Shown here piece after piece: positions 1-12,700 of a stretch of 64,000 nt of DNA (positions are counted from its first letter, which is position 1; each line of letters opens with the position of its first letter). This stretch comes from Macrostomum hystrix. Taxonomy: Eukaryota; Animalia; Platyhelminthes. The DNA lies in assembly GCA_950097015.1 (NCBI GenBank), contig CATNEN010000001.1:18166001-18230000 (forward strand). Direction: 5' to 3'. Position numbers and translations under genes: made by a program. The notes below the pieces were generated by a model. The model was given only the letters and a program-made list of their open reading frames with translations. It was not told the origin of the DNA and ran no database searches.

Positions 1-330
1 GCTGCAATATTCTGTCCTTTAATATCCTATACCTTTCTGCTTATACCTTTCTGCCCTCTCCCATACCTTTGTTCTTCCTTCCTTGCCTATCTGCCCTCTA
101 CCATACCTTTGTGCCTTTCTGCATTCTGCTACACCATTCCACCTCTTTGTTTCCTTTCTGCTCTCTACCACACCATTCTAGCACTTTCCCTGCCTTTCTG
201 CTCTCTACCACACCCTTCTAGCACCTTCCCTGCCTTTCTGCTCTCTACCACACCCTTCTAGCACCTTCCCTGCCTTTCTGCTCTCTACCACACCCTTCTA
301 GCACCTTCCCTTCCTTTCTGCTCACTACCA
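1..330 (+). repeat. Left inverted-repeat arm (inner part), containing ~40-bp tandem units
   Basis: gctgcaatattctgtcctttaatatcc... matches the reverse complement of 15525 downward, including three 40-bp units gcaccttccctgcctttctgctctctaccacacccttcta. Confidence 0.9.
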
Positions 331-561
331 TACCCTTGCACCTCCTTCCCCACTGTAACTTTTATCTGCTTTTTTCTACATCTACCCAGCCTTCCCCGTC
401 GCCTTCCATTCTCTTATTTATTTTCTGAGTGTCTGCGAGCTTCCATCATCTCCCAACTATTTCCCGCCATTTTCCACTCTTTTCCACCCTCTCCATTACC
501 CTCGCAATCTCTCCTACTCTCTGCTGTCGACACCTTAGTTTTCATTTCGGCATTTTTTCAG

Positions 562-3500
562 GGTCGCTCAAAAAAGCATCTAAAAGTGCGAGTAAACGGA
601 CGCACTACATTGCTCAAAAGTTTACGGAAGTCCTCATCTAAAAATTTGACACCGACACAGTTACTACAGGGCATTTCTGCGGCTGCGAGCAACTTTCATA
701 ATAATGAGAATGATGGCCCTTCCGTTTCTGATAACCCAGGAGATATGCCGATTGACTGGGAGAATGTCACTCCACAGAGTCGACCGGAACTTCTGGCGTC
801 TTTTCTAAAGGCAGCAAAAGCTGGCTCGTGTGCGTACTGTTCGGAACCAGGCAGTATTTATTTTGCTCAATGTGCGGCTTTTTTCTGCGAACTTTGTGCT
901 GAAATTCGCCATACAGGGCTTGTACATACTTTATCACAGGCGAGTGTATTTTTTGCGTTTGATTATAAAAGTGCATCTGTAGTTGTGTTTCAGCGTATAA
1001 CTCAATCTCAAGAAGAGATAATTCAATTGCGATATTGATTCAAATTTCAGAATGGAGTTGTCCTCCGTCGAGAACTCAGATTTACTTGTGGCTGCACTCC
1101 TGGCTCAACGGTGAAAGTTAAACTTGTAGATGCCTATAGAGGTCAGTTTTTGTCCACACTTTACTCCTTTTGTTTCTGTCGTATTAATTAATAAACTTCC
1201 TCTTTGCTTCCTTCTAGGCTATCATGCGGCACTGATTAGTGAGTGCGATGATCAACACTGTCGGGAGTTTCTTGTGGCTCAAAACTTTTTCCCTTTATCC
1301 GACAACTGCACTAACTATATCTGTTTCGAGCTTCTGAACACCTTAGACTCGATAATGATCAATGGAATTACGTCTCTGTCAAAGGCTTGTGCTGTCGTTC
1401 AGAATCGAAGATTGGCTTTTGGCTTTTTCCCTGAGGTAGGATCAAAATTTCACGCTAGTGTTAGAATCTTGAGATCTTTTGGTTCTGTTGGATTGAAGTG
1501 TGAATCTTCCGGTATTATCGGGAGACTTTGCAGTTACACAAAGAATTAAATCTTGAAATTCTTGCAAAATACCATCCATTGCAGCGAGACCTATATGAAA
1601 GCATTCTGCGCAATAACACAATCGGCCTTTACCGGGAATTCGTAGCCGAAATCGCGAATTACCCGACCGCTTGCTCACTCTGCCAATCGCCTGATTTGGT
1701 AATACAACATTTGTGTGATAAACAAAAGAAATTCTTCACCGCTTTTATGCATGATACTTTTTCGCACAGGGACCGATATTACACGGCGATGCATTGATGG
1801 GATGGCGACGTAGAGCTGCAGTCTGTGAAAGTCTTGCGCAGGTGCCTGTGCAAGGGGAACTTCCTTTTCCCTTTGTGCGCGTTGATCCATCTGCCCAAAT
1901 CGTTGCTCCTACACATGGCGCTTGTCCAAACTGGGCTGCAGGGGAGCTATCAAGAGCGTGTCGCTCAACCTCAAAGTTTGATATTACAGGCTTCTTCATT
2001 ATCGCCTGTCGTCATGGGTTCATCTGGGCCTGCTCTGATGTGCGCACACCAGGAGAGCGGTGAGCTTGATTTATTTATGACAACTTAAGTTCCCCCACTT
2101 TCCTCGTGCAAACTGCTTTATTATTTCCTCTATTCAGTCTCATCTACCCAACGACATTGCTGCGAGCTGCAGTGGCACGCCTTGGTGTCCCCGAGGAACA
2201 AGCAACTTTCGTTTACGATGTCGCCTGCAAACTTGGGGGCAAGGTTAATGCCAAACTTGCCATACCTGTCTTTCACGCCTACGGCCATGAGTCAAAGTGC
2301 CGTGTAAGTTAAACAGGTTAAATCCTGCTTATGAGTAACGCATCAAAATTACGAGTAAATTAACTAATGATTGCGATCGTACTGTCTCGCATCTCTGGCG
2401 ATTGTAATGGATACTCTTATCAGCAGTGAGAAACAAAATAACTTTTCAGCTGAACAACTCCATCCGCGTGACGTCTGGAGCTGGTATTACAGATGGAGAG
2501 ATCTGCGAGCGTATATTTTCGCTTTTGCGTCCGTTCGGGCGCATACTCAAAGAGATGCGATTGGACAGACGGACCAGGCTTATTGCCCATATTATTAGAA
2601 TGTACCATCTGCGTCTAAATCCTGGTCAGTTTGAGACTAATGTGCTTTTTGCGAATATTTGATTAATTGATGATACTAAGCTCAATGCTTTTCTTTTCTG
2701 ACTGAAGGCGAACGGTGCTTTGCTCCCCAGTAGCAGTCTACAAGGCATTATAATAACATCATTCAGCTTTTGTATAAAATGCGCGAACGTATATTTGTAG
2801 ATTCTTGGTTGGAGTCCAGAGAGAAACTTCTCGCCAAGAAGGATACATTGCTGACTCAGCACGTTAATTCTGTCCAACAGCTCATGCCAGAGTCGGGTAA
2901 TTTTTTGAATAATGCACTAAAAGCAAAAATCGTGTAAAGTTCTCTAAAAGAAGTTTTACAAACGAAAGCTTCAAATTCATGAGCAGTATTCTAATTTTCA
3001 CTTACAAAATTAGGTCTCACTAGTCAGCAGTTAGTGCAACTTGGTGAGCAGTGGCTCCGCGAAGATGCTCATGCAGCTGTTCTGCGTACTGGCGACTGGC
3101 TCCAAAAGATGCGCCGGCTAGCTGTCGAGAAGCGGCGGACCTTGAACGAATTGAACCGCTGCATTGGTAGTCCATTGAAAATATTGCGCTTATTTGGCAT
3201 CCATTTAATAATTTAACCCAAGACTTGCGTTTTCTTTTTTGGTCCAAATTTAAATAGCTAGTGGGAAAAATTACATTACCCACACTGTACGGGCTAATTC
3301 ATTGAAAAACTGTAAGGCGCAAAAGGATGGGGAAATAAGTGGGTCTACTGTATTAAATTGGATTCAGCAGACTATATTTTGCTTTTGATATTTTGAGTGT
3401 ATGATAACTTAAAAGCAGCTCTTCTTACTTCAATTTACAACCAGGATCGCACCAATGTCGACTGCTCACACGCAAGGCTGATGTGATACGCCGGGAGATG

Positions 3501-3803
3501 AGACAGCTGCTCGAATCTAGTGGCAGCCGGTATACGCTGAAAGATGTTGAAAATCCAGCGTCTCCTATTTACTCCCGCCTCGACAATCACATAGCTAGGT
3601 CCTATCCGCTGGCTGTGCAGCTTGCGGCTATTGACATCTTCCTCATTACTGTACGCACAGCAGAGGAATGTCAGCGAATCAGGACCGAGCACGATTCTCT
3701 GGCTCGCTTTAGAGAAGTTAGGATGCTGATGTCGGACCTCAACAGCTGCTCGTCTGACAATTCATCATCGTCTGAAGATGACTCAGCTGAGTTTTTTCCG
3801 TAA
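562..3803 (+). CDS. Spliced KDZ transposase with N-terminal CxC3-like cysteine cluster; start codon not found in window
   Basis: Motifs in order: CAYC...CAAFFCELCAEIRH..H; QNFFP; CSLC..GPILHGDALMG; FDITGFFIIACRHG; GER; FVYDVACKL; IPVFHAYGHESKC; GAGITDGEICERIFS; RTAEECQRIRTE. These match KDZ hallmarks (GxxxxxCRH, YDxAC, FHAxGH, GxxDGExxERxW/F). GT-AG introns separate the segments. Confidence 0.9.
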
Positions 3804-4574
3804 CTGTTGTGATCGCGATGTGTCCTGTGTTCGCTACGACAGTGGAGAGTATTCTGTTTTAAAGTCACTGTTAGTACAAGCTCATGACAGAACTCACTCA
3901 AAAAGTACTAAGAAAGGACCCGGAATGCAGATGTACTGTCTCCCTCACTACTAGGAAACAACAAAGTAATGAGGCATCGCAAACTGCAAGAAAAGCAAGA
4001 TGCAGGACGGAACATATCCCATTAATATAGAGTATGACAGAAAAACAATTTTTTATAAAATGCACTTATAAAAACGCACATTTTGCGAGTCCATTTTATC
4101 CACGCATGCGAAATGTACCATAATGTTATAAATAAATTCTGCGCTGTGTCGTTGGATCCCATACTGTAAGATCTATCATCATTTCAAGGGAGACATGATA
4201 GCAGTTCGAAATTTTAGCTAAGAAGAAGGCAAGTTATTTAGTGATACAGGAAAAATAGGGAAGCTGCTGAGAAGCTTGAACTGTACATCGCTGACTTGTT
4301 GGCAGTAACAAATAACCAAGCACGACTGCCCCGAGTTAACATAGAGTTTTTGCACTACTACTTTCACGCGAGTATACTACGAGTACTAGTTTAATATGCG
4401 GCTGTTGGATTGCTTAATTACTCCTTGTTACTGTATTGTGACTTGTAAAATATTAATTCAATTATTTGTTATCGTGGTTTATTTAAAAAAATGTGCTGTT
4501 TTTCACTGGCGCGCGTTTTGCGAGTCCACCTATGCCAAATGTATTAATACTATTACAAATAAAATCATCTCACG

Positions 4575-4770
4575 CCCTTCTGCCTCTCCCTCACCCTTTC
4601 GCCTCTCCCTCACCCTTTCGCCTCTCCCTCACCCTTTCGCCTCTCCCTCACCCTTTCACCTCTCCCTCACCCTTTCGCCTCTCCCTCACCCTTTCGCCTC
4701 TCCCTCACCCTTTCGCCTCTCCCTCACCCTTTCGCCCCTCCCTCACCCTTCCATTCTCCTCACACCTTTC
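4575..4770. repeat. 19-bp minisatellite (ctccctcaccctttcgcct)n
   Basis: Direct tandem copies. Confidence 0.9.
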
Positions 4771-5049
4771 ACTGTGATTAAGTAAAGTTGAAGTTAAACA
4801 TGATTGACCTTTTCCGTTTTCTTTATTTAATTTTGCTTTTCCAGCAGTTGCGAGAGGCGAAGTTTCTCACCTCTTAGACACTTCAAACCGCAAGTGACGC
4901 AACTTGCAATACTCATGCGCAGGAAAAAAATTGAGGGATGAGGTGTGAATGGGAAACATTTCAAGGAAATAGACCTTTATCTGCTCAAAAATGGAATTCT
5001 GAATGCGTAGCACCTGATTAATTTATATGCACCACTATTTTAATAGTGT

Positions 5050-6075
5050 TACATGTACGTACTTTCATGCAAGCAACATTTTGCATTTTCGGATAACGAT
5101 CAAAGGCACGGGCACGTACGCTCGTAATAATGAGTAGGACACTCCCGAGCGTACAGCAGGGCAGAGACTCTTCCCAGACTAATACATCGCAGAAAATCGA
5201 GAGGAAGACGCCGCCATGATACAGTGATGTGCTCCCGCTGTATTTTTTGCTTCAGGAAGTCGCACACATTTTTGATTGAATTCATGTCTGGGTTCATGTA
5301 TTCATGTATAAGAGAGAAACTTACGCCCTCGCTAGAGTGTCATTTGCAGTATGTATGAAACGACTAAGGTGAGTTCGAGTTGCTGAGTATAAATATTCAC
5401 AATAAGACACCGGATCATGTGCACCGTGAGAGGCCGGTTGTTCTCTTTAAATGTCATTAGCCCTTACAGTTACAATTGAGTACAATTGGTTGTTACATCA
5501 AGCGTGTTTGGTCTGCAAAAGTCTGCATATCAGAGGTGAGACAAATTGCACTAAACTGGATAGATTTCAGCCGAATACCTAAAAAAGCGGCTAGGGAGCC
5601 GGTAGTCCACCAAAGAGCTGACTTACTGTACATGATTTATCTGCATCCAGGCGCGTCCCACCTAGCTCAGCACCGGTAGTGAGGAAAAGGTTTTTTTATC
5701 TTGTGTCACTAAGGAAACTGGGGCAAGCCACAGATGTTAGGCTGCAATTCCAAGTCCAAGATCTTGCATGAGGATCCGATGTATGCTTGATGAGGGAATG
5801 CCGGACAGCTCAGCCCATTTCTTCACATGTGCAGCGGCCATCTTTAAAGATGGCACTCAGCCATCTTTCTTTACATTCAGGCAATTGGTTCTTAAATGCG
5901 CTAGATCTAAAACAGCATTTCTTAGCATACATAATAGAAACCCGTTAACATTTTCATAGGGTTTAACCTTTTCCTGACTGCCCTTTCGTACCCCCACACC
6001 CATTCCGGACGGCTTGGACCGAAATCGTGCCATAGAATTTTTTGGTCTCAAATCTATAGCTCGCATATACACCCT
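5050..6075 (-). pseudogene. Degenerate Tc1/mariner transposase relic
   Basis: ORF 5100-5297 reads NPDMNSIKNVCDFLKQKI...SWRRLP...RVSALLYARECPTHY, resembling the Tc1 SPDLNPIENVW...W...GxxTxY C-terminus. An HTH-like ELSGIPSSSIHRIL lies near 5770-5815. Many stops. Confidence 0.6.
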
Positions 6076-6280
6076 TCACGACTGAGCGATTTTCAAACTG
6101 ATTCGCCACATAAGAATTGGCTTTCCAGAATGCTTTCAGAATGCTTTCCAGAACATAAGAATGCTTTCCAGATATTCAGTGCGTCTGCTTTGCCCCGCCA
6201 TTCTTCGCTACGACTCTCACAGACTAATCATCGCATCACTCGAATCACTGCACTCAGAATCGCAAACCCATGATCCAGAC

Positions 6281-6714
6281 GGTTTACCCCGGATTCGCCG
6301 AATCCCGATTTCCCGATTCTCAGCTCACCGAATCCCGATTCGCCGATTCCTGGTTCGCTGAAATTCCAGAGTCGCCGAATTTCCTGATTTGCGAAATTTT
6401 TATCTTAATTGCATGGAATTATAAAAATGGAATGGCTGGCGGGAAGGGATACTGATGGGGTGGAGAGGAAGTCGGTCATCAGGGTATATAAAGACCATCC
6501 TGTGGCGCATCAGAGACGTGCTATTTCTTATTTTTCATTGAGTACTGATTCTACCAAGTTCCAGAGCAGCGATTAACAATTTCGACAAATCAGGAAATTC
6601 GGCGAATCAGGAAATTCGGCGAATCAGGAATTCTGGCGAACCAGGAATCGGCGAATCGGGATTCAGCGAGCTGGGAATCGGCGAATCGGGATTCGGCGGA
6701 TCGGGGGGTAAACC
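6281..6714. mobile_element. Non-autonomous TIR element (MITE) with 8-bp TSD
   Basis: Ends are ggtttacccc...ggggtaaacc with long mirrored arms of ttcgccga/gattc subrepeats. TSD atccagac at 6273-6280 and 6715-6722. Confidence 0.85.
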
Positions 6715-6778
6715 ATCCAGACAACAGAACCAGTAACGGATCAGAATACGTTATTCTGCACGGGGGTGGAGGAACCTC

Positions 6779-9700
6779 TTAAAGATTTCGTGTTATTTCG
6801 CGTTTCGGCGCCGCCGCGGTAACTACCACGAAGCGGGCAGAAGAGCCGCCAACAACGACCGTGGGGCGGCCAGAGGAACCGCCACCCGAAACGACAATTG
6901 AACGGCCGAAGGAGCCGCCACCGGCGACGGCCGTAGAGCGACCAGAGGAGCCGCCACCCGAAACGACAATTGAACGGCCGAAGGAGCCGCCACCGGCGAC
7001 GGCCGTAGAGCGACCAGAGGAGCCGCCACCAGCTATCACAGTGGAAGGGCCAGAAAAGCCGCCTCCAGCGACATCCTCAGAGCGGCCAGAGGAGCCGCCT
7101 CCGCCGACATCCTCAGAGCGGCCAGAGGAGCCGCCTCCGGCGACATCCTCAGAGCGGCCAGAGGAGCCGCCACCGGCGACGGCCGTAGAGCGACCAGAGG
7201 AGCCGCTACCCGATATCACAGTGGAACGGCCAGAAAAGCCGCCACCGGCGACATCCTCAGAGCGGCCAAAGGAGCCGCCACCGGCGACGGCCGTAGAGCG
7301 ACCAGAGGAGCCGCCACCCGATATCACAGTGGAACGGCCAGAAAAGCCGCCACCGGCGACATCCTCAGAGCGGCCAGAGGAGCCGCCACCGGCGACGGCC
7401 GTAGAGCGACCAGAGGAGCCGCCACCAGCTATCACAGTGGAACGGCCAGAAAAGCCGCCTCCGGCGACATCCGCAGAGTGGCCAGAGGAGCCGCCGCTGT
7501 TGCCGTCGCTTGAAAAAGGTATAAATCTTAGTTCGTTGCGAAAATTGTACACGCGCCGCAGCTCGGCTGAGTTCATTTCCCCGGGATTTTTTATTTCCGG
7601 CATGAAACCACCTTTCAGGTTCTTGAAGTTAATTTTGCAACCCATACCGGCGGCAACTGAAATTCATAATTTAAAATGTTGAACTTCTAAAAAATAAATT
7701 GTAAAGTAAAATCTGTATAACTACAGAAAGAATAAAAAGAACTCGCCTAATATAGACGACTTAAAGTTTATTATATTGTTGCATGACTCACCATAAGCCA
7801 TTCGCACGGCAGCGCGAACCTCCTTCCTCATCAAATCAACCGTAGGTTGCCGTCCAGACAATTGCGTAAGCTGATTTTCTGATGACAGAAGTTCAAATTT
7901 CTAAAAAACGTCGTGCGTCGATTAGTATAGGAGATTAAAGAGATAACCAGTATCCATACATAAGATATTACAAGTAGAACCAAACGGAAGGATATTAAAA
8001 TATAAATACCTACTGAATTTCTTTCTTCACATACTCTTGCTAGTCCTTAAATACTGTTATTATAATTACCTGAATAAGACCACACTCCACGTGGAGAAAT
8101 TCGTCTAATCCTGGAGACGCGCATACACGGAGATTCGTCCCGTCGCGCTTCTTAGAAATAACAACTACATGGTAGTTGTTAAGCATTGCACGGGCCTGGA
8201 AGAAGAGTTGCGTAACGTCATTATGGAGGGAGAAAAAACAGTTAGGCCCGACTGCCGATCTGATCATTTACGAAAAAATAGATTTCTGACAGCTAAATTC
8301 CATATCGCTGTCAGATATGAAACTTAGATTTACCATACTGTCTATTATTACCAGTTGCTCCAACTCAAGCCCCGATGGGCATCGCTGATGGCTCTGCTCA
8401 TTTGCCTCCCCACTGGGGCGCACGAGGTCGAGACGACCTCGAAACCAGTTGGTGATCTCGAATTTAAAAAATATTGCAAATCTGCACGAGTTGCTTCAGA
8501 AAAAGACAAATAAGTAAATAAATACTGCAGGCTTTGGTACCAGCTTTAAGGAATGCATCTCGAATGCAGAAAAATGAGACATCGAATCGAGATGGCGTAA
8601 TTCGGTGTGCTTTCGTTATTTTTAAAAGCTTAGAGCAGATGTTACTGAAGTTATTGATAAAAAAGTACAAAAAAGAATGTCATTTACATTATTACATACT
8701 TTGTTTTTCTGCTCATTATGAAATTTGAAAAATAGCTTTGGTTAGTTATAATGATTACGCAAAAAACTATTTTAAAACGTTTTCGTCTCGCTTCGGAAGT
8801 TTTGTTTTGGCTAGTTCGTGCACGTTATCTTATCTGAAACAACATTGAGAGATGTAAATGCATTCCCAGAAAACTAGACTACCAGAGGCATCTATTTGAC
8901 TGCTATTCTTTCTTTTATTTACTATTATGCAACTGATGAGTTTATACACTGTGACATCGATTGCAATTGATGGCCATTGGCCAGCTATTGATCGAGTAAA
9001 GTTTAAAGATAAGATTTCATTTTATTTAGCCAATTTGTAATTCAAAATGATGAAACAGTTTTAGATCCTTAATCATTGTATGTGAAATTCGACATTTTGC
9101 CTTTATTATAGGATTTAAATATTTTTGGGCAGGCTATTGGCCAAAAAATTAGAATACAATGTTTGATTAGTCTAATCATTTCAGAATGTGCATGCACTGA
9201 TGCACAATAGCTGTAACTGCAAACTCTGTCTTCATAAGTATAATGCTTGTTGCATACTAGATCTCTTGTAGCAATAGTTATATAAATTGTAATGAGAATA
9301 AAAGGGCTTCAAGTTTATAAAATATGGTTACTTTGATGTTTTTAACACTTGAAAACTTTAATAAGTCTATTGCTTTATGTTAGGGCCTAGCTAACAACCC
9401 TGAAGCTGAAGCTAAGATAAAACATCAAGTGTTGTAGCTACTATACTTAATTTGTATTACAGCAAGCTACTCTTCATATAGGGCCTCCTAATAATTTTTA
9501 AACCATTAGGCAATCAAGTTATTGAACCTAAATTTATTTTATAACCTATATATATAATAAAAAAGGTGGTAGTAGTTGTGCCAGAAAAATCACCCCTCAA
9601 AATTTGCTTACACAATGTATTGAAACTTTAGGTAATCTTGTGCCATATGTAGTAGTATAAATTATTACTTTTCTTTTAGGGAATATGTATCTTTGACGTA

Positions 9701-12700
9701 GTTCTAGTTTACTAGAATTCTAATGAATTTTAATGAATTCTTTGTTTAGATGCAGAAATGGCTTCTCGTCAGAACATTTCCAAGCAGACACGGAATGATG
9801 TTCTCTGCTTGCTTGAGGGTGCAAGCCCTCTTGGTCTCTGCATGGATGACTGTGATGAAGACACGATAACTGAGTCTGACCAATTCGGTACACAGGGAGA
9901 AAATGAAGAAATGAATGCTAAGATGGCTGCCGAGGAAAACAATCTAGATTTCAATGTGCAAACAGTTGAATGCAACCTGGTGGATCTGGATTCGAATGAG
10001 GATTACATTTATACTTCTCTGTATGCTGCTGAACACCAGTCTCTTAATTTTCTGGAGGACGTCGTGACTGTTACCAAACCATCTGAACCAACGTCTACTG
10101 AGGGCGTTTCGAAGGCTACCCTGTCAGAGGAGCTTTTGCTGTTTATGATTACCTTTGGGATCAGTAAGAGAGCAATGGAGTTCCTACTTGCGTTGCTGGT
10201 GCGATTCGACCTTAAAGTCCCACTGACTGTCAAGGCTCTGAAGAGAAACTCTAGAAGGGCTACATTCGATTGTGTTTCATTTGCTAATGGGAGCTTTGCC
10301 TACTGTGGAATTTTGGAAAATATTGGATACTGCATTTCACGTGGTACTCTCATTTTGAATTCATTGTACAACAAACTCACAATTGCTGTCAGTTTTGATG
10401 GCGTGCCTCTATTTCGGCACTCTAAGTTGGGATTGTGGCCCATACTTCTTACCATCAAAGGATGTTTGTATCCGGTTCCCCTCCCTATCGCAATCTTTTG
10501 TGGAGTTAGTCGCCCACCGTTGCATCAGTTTTTGGAAAAATTTGTTACCGAACTTCGTCGTCTGAAAGAGTCCTTTGCATCTGTGGGTGACAAGTTTGTG
10601 ATGATCGAACGGTGTGTAATTGTGACTGATGCTCCTGCCAGATCGTTTTTGCAGTCCATCTATGGTCACAGCGCTAAACTGGCTTGTGGCTATTGTCGCA
10701 TAGCAGGCATTTACATTGGTGGCCGAATGTGTTTTCCTTTCAAGCGTTGCGTGGCCCGGGACAAGAAGGCGTATATCTCAATGCGCGAGAACAATCAACT
10801 CGCCCGTTCTCCTCTTTTGTCTATTGTGGACTCCGTCCACGATTTCCCACCTGACTACATGCATTGCTTATGTCTCGGTGTTGTGAAGCGGATGTGCACC
10901 ATCTTCTTTTGCGCTGTCCGTGGGGTAAACCTTCCTTGCCGTTTTTCTGACACAGAAAAGCAGCGCTTCTCTGAACTGATTTCGCGAGTATCCGCGTTTC
11001 TTCCTGCTGAATTTCATCGTAAGTTGCGCGGCCTGCACGAGTTTGAAAACTATAAGGCAGCTGAGTTCCGCACCCTCATTGTTTACCTAGGTCCAGTTTT
11101 GTTCAAGTCCTTTTTGAGTCATGAATATTTTGAGCACATGCTTGTGCTGCATTTTGCATCTTATTGCTTCGTTTCGCCCAACTACTCGAAACTGTACTTT
11201 GACGAGGCAAAGTCCTGCATGGAGGTGTTTTGTCACCGTGCACAGAAGCTCTATGACAACAAACTTCAGTCATTCAACACCCACCTATTATGCCATGTCC
11301 CGGATTTTGTAAGAAATAATGGGCCTCTTGACTTCTGGTCGGCCTTTATTTTTTAAAATTATAATGGTATCCTGAAGCGCCGTCTGAAATGTACCAGTGG
11401 AATGTTTCAACAAACACTTAATAACGTTTTACTTATTCGAGATCTTTTTTCTAGTTTTAAGCCATCTGCGCTTGTGTATTCTGCAATTAGTCCTAATAAC
11501 TGCTGTCTACTCAATAACAATATCGTGCTGATGATCTCTTCTGTTTCGTTTCAAAACGGTGTAACTCTTGTTAGTGGTACTGTGCTCGAATATTTTTCAG
11601 ATCTCTACACGTCTCCCTATCGTTCATCCCTTTTGGGAATTGGTATTTACAGGCTCTCAACCACCCAGTTGTTACATCATGTTCCTGTGACGAAGTGTAT
11701 TCTAATTCCCGACGGTGATGTCTTTGTTGTTATTCCTTACGCCAGTAATGAACTGTATGTTCGTATTTCCAAGACTAGTTAATAACAAATACTAATCAAA
11801 GGATTTTTCCGCTATTGGTTCCACTTAACGTTGGGTTACTTGAGTTATACTTAACGATGAAGCAGGTAGAACTCAAGTTTGAAAAAAGTAAATGTGTATC
11901 AAGTGTTAAATTGCGGTTTGTCAGCACCCTGCAATTGCCTTTTATTGCCACTGTACGGATTCCACTTTATTCAATTTTATATCCACTTCAATCTAAAAAA
12001 GTAACTTTCTGATTCTTATTGTACACAGTTCTTTCACAGTCCTGTTTATTGGGTGAGAGATATTTAGATTATTGAACACAGCTTGCAAATTCGATCGGGA
12101 AACCCTATATTATATTTTCGCTTTTTTGCTATATTATACAGTAAGCTTTACTTTTAGTGAGCCATCATATATAAGAGATATGTTAAGCTTGTACAAGGCA
12201 TCTATGCTAAGCTGCTTAATAAATTACAGTTTATGATGCATCAACGAGCACTACACTGGACCATATTTCAGACAGATGGCGTCGCATACTTCGAAAGCTT
12301 TTCTGCTCTACTTCCGGTCAGAAAATCACTTTCAAATCGTTTCACATGACTTCATCTACCTAGCCGAGCCATATTGTAACTGGACACCATCGAATTGGCA
12401 TGAATCTGGCACCAGTGAGATAGTTCTGACGGCTGATTTGGAATCTGGCTCGCTGGAGGGCCTGGTAATCCAAGTTGCTGCAGGCGTTTCTGATTTACAG
12501 GATTCAATAAAGAAGGCAATGGATCTGCGCTTCAAGAAGAAACTACACCTGGCTCAAATATTGACCTACTTTAAGCGGTACAAATCTGGTCGTGATGTTG
12601 TTCCTCCGCTGAATAGTATTCAGACGGAGACCGAGAGCGAAGCGGAACCTCGGCAGGGGTCAAAGCAAGCTATGTCTGACGAGGCTACATTGCATCCTCC

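Noticed and set aside
3804-6280. TET/JBP dioxygenase cargo, as in fungal KDZ elements
   Set aside because: No HxD...H...R 2-oxoglutarate/Fe motif or suitable ORF. The interval holds a minisatellite and a Tc1 relic.
6861-7682. Pro/Glu-rich 273-aa plus-strand ORF as a real gene
   Set aside because: It has no ATG start and is antisense to the spliced companion gene. Openness is explained by the 36-bp repeat.
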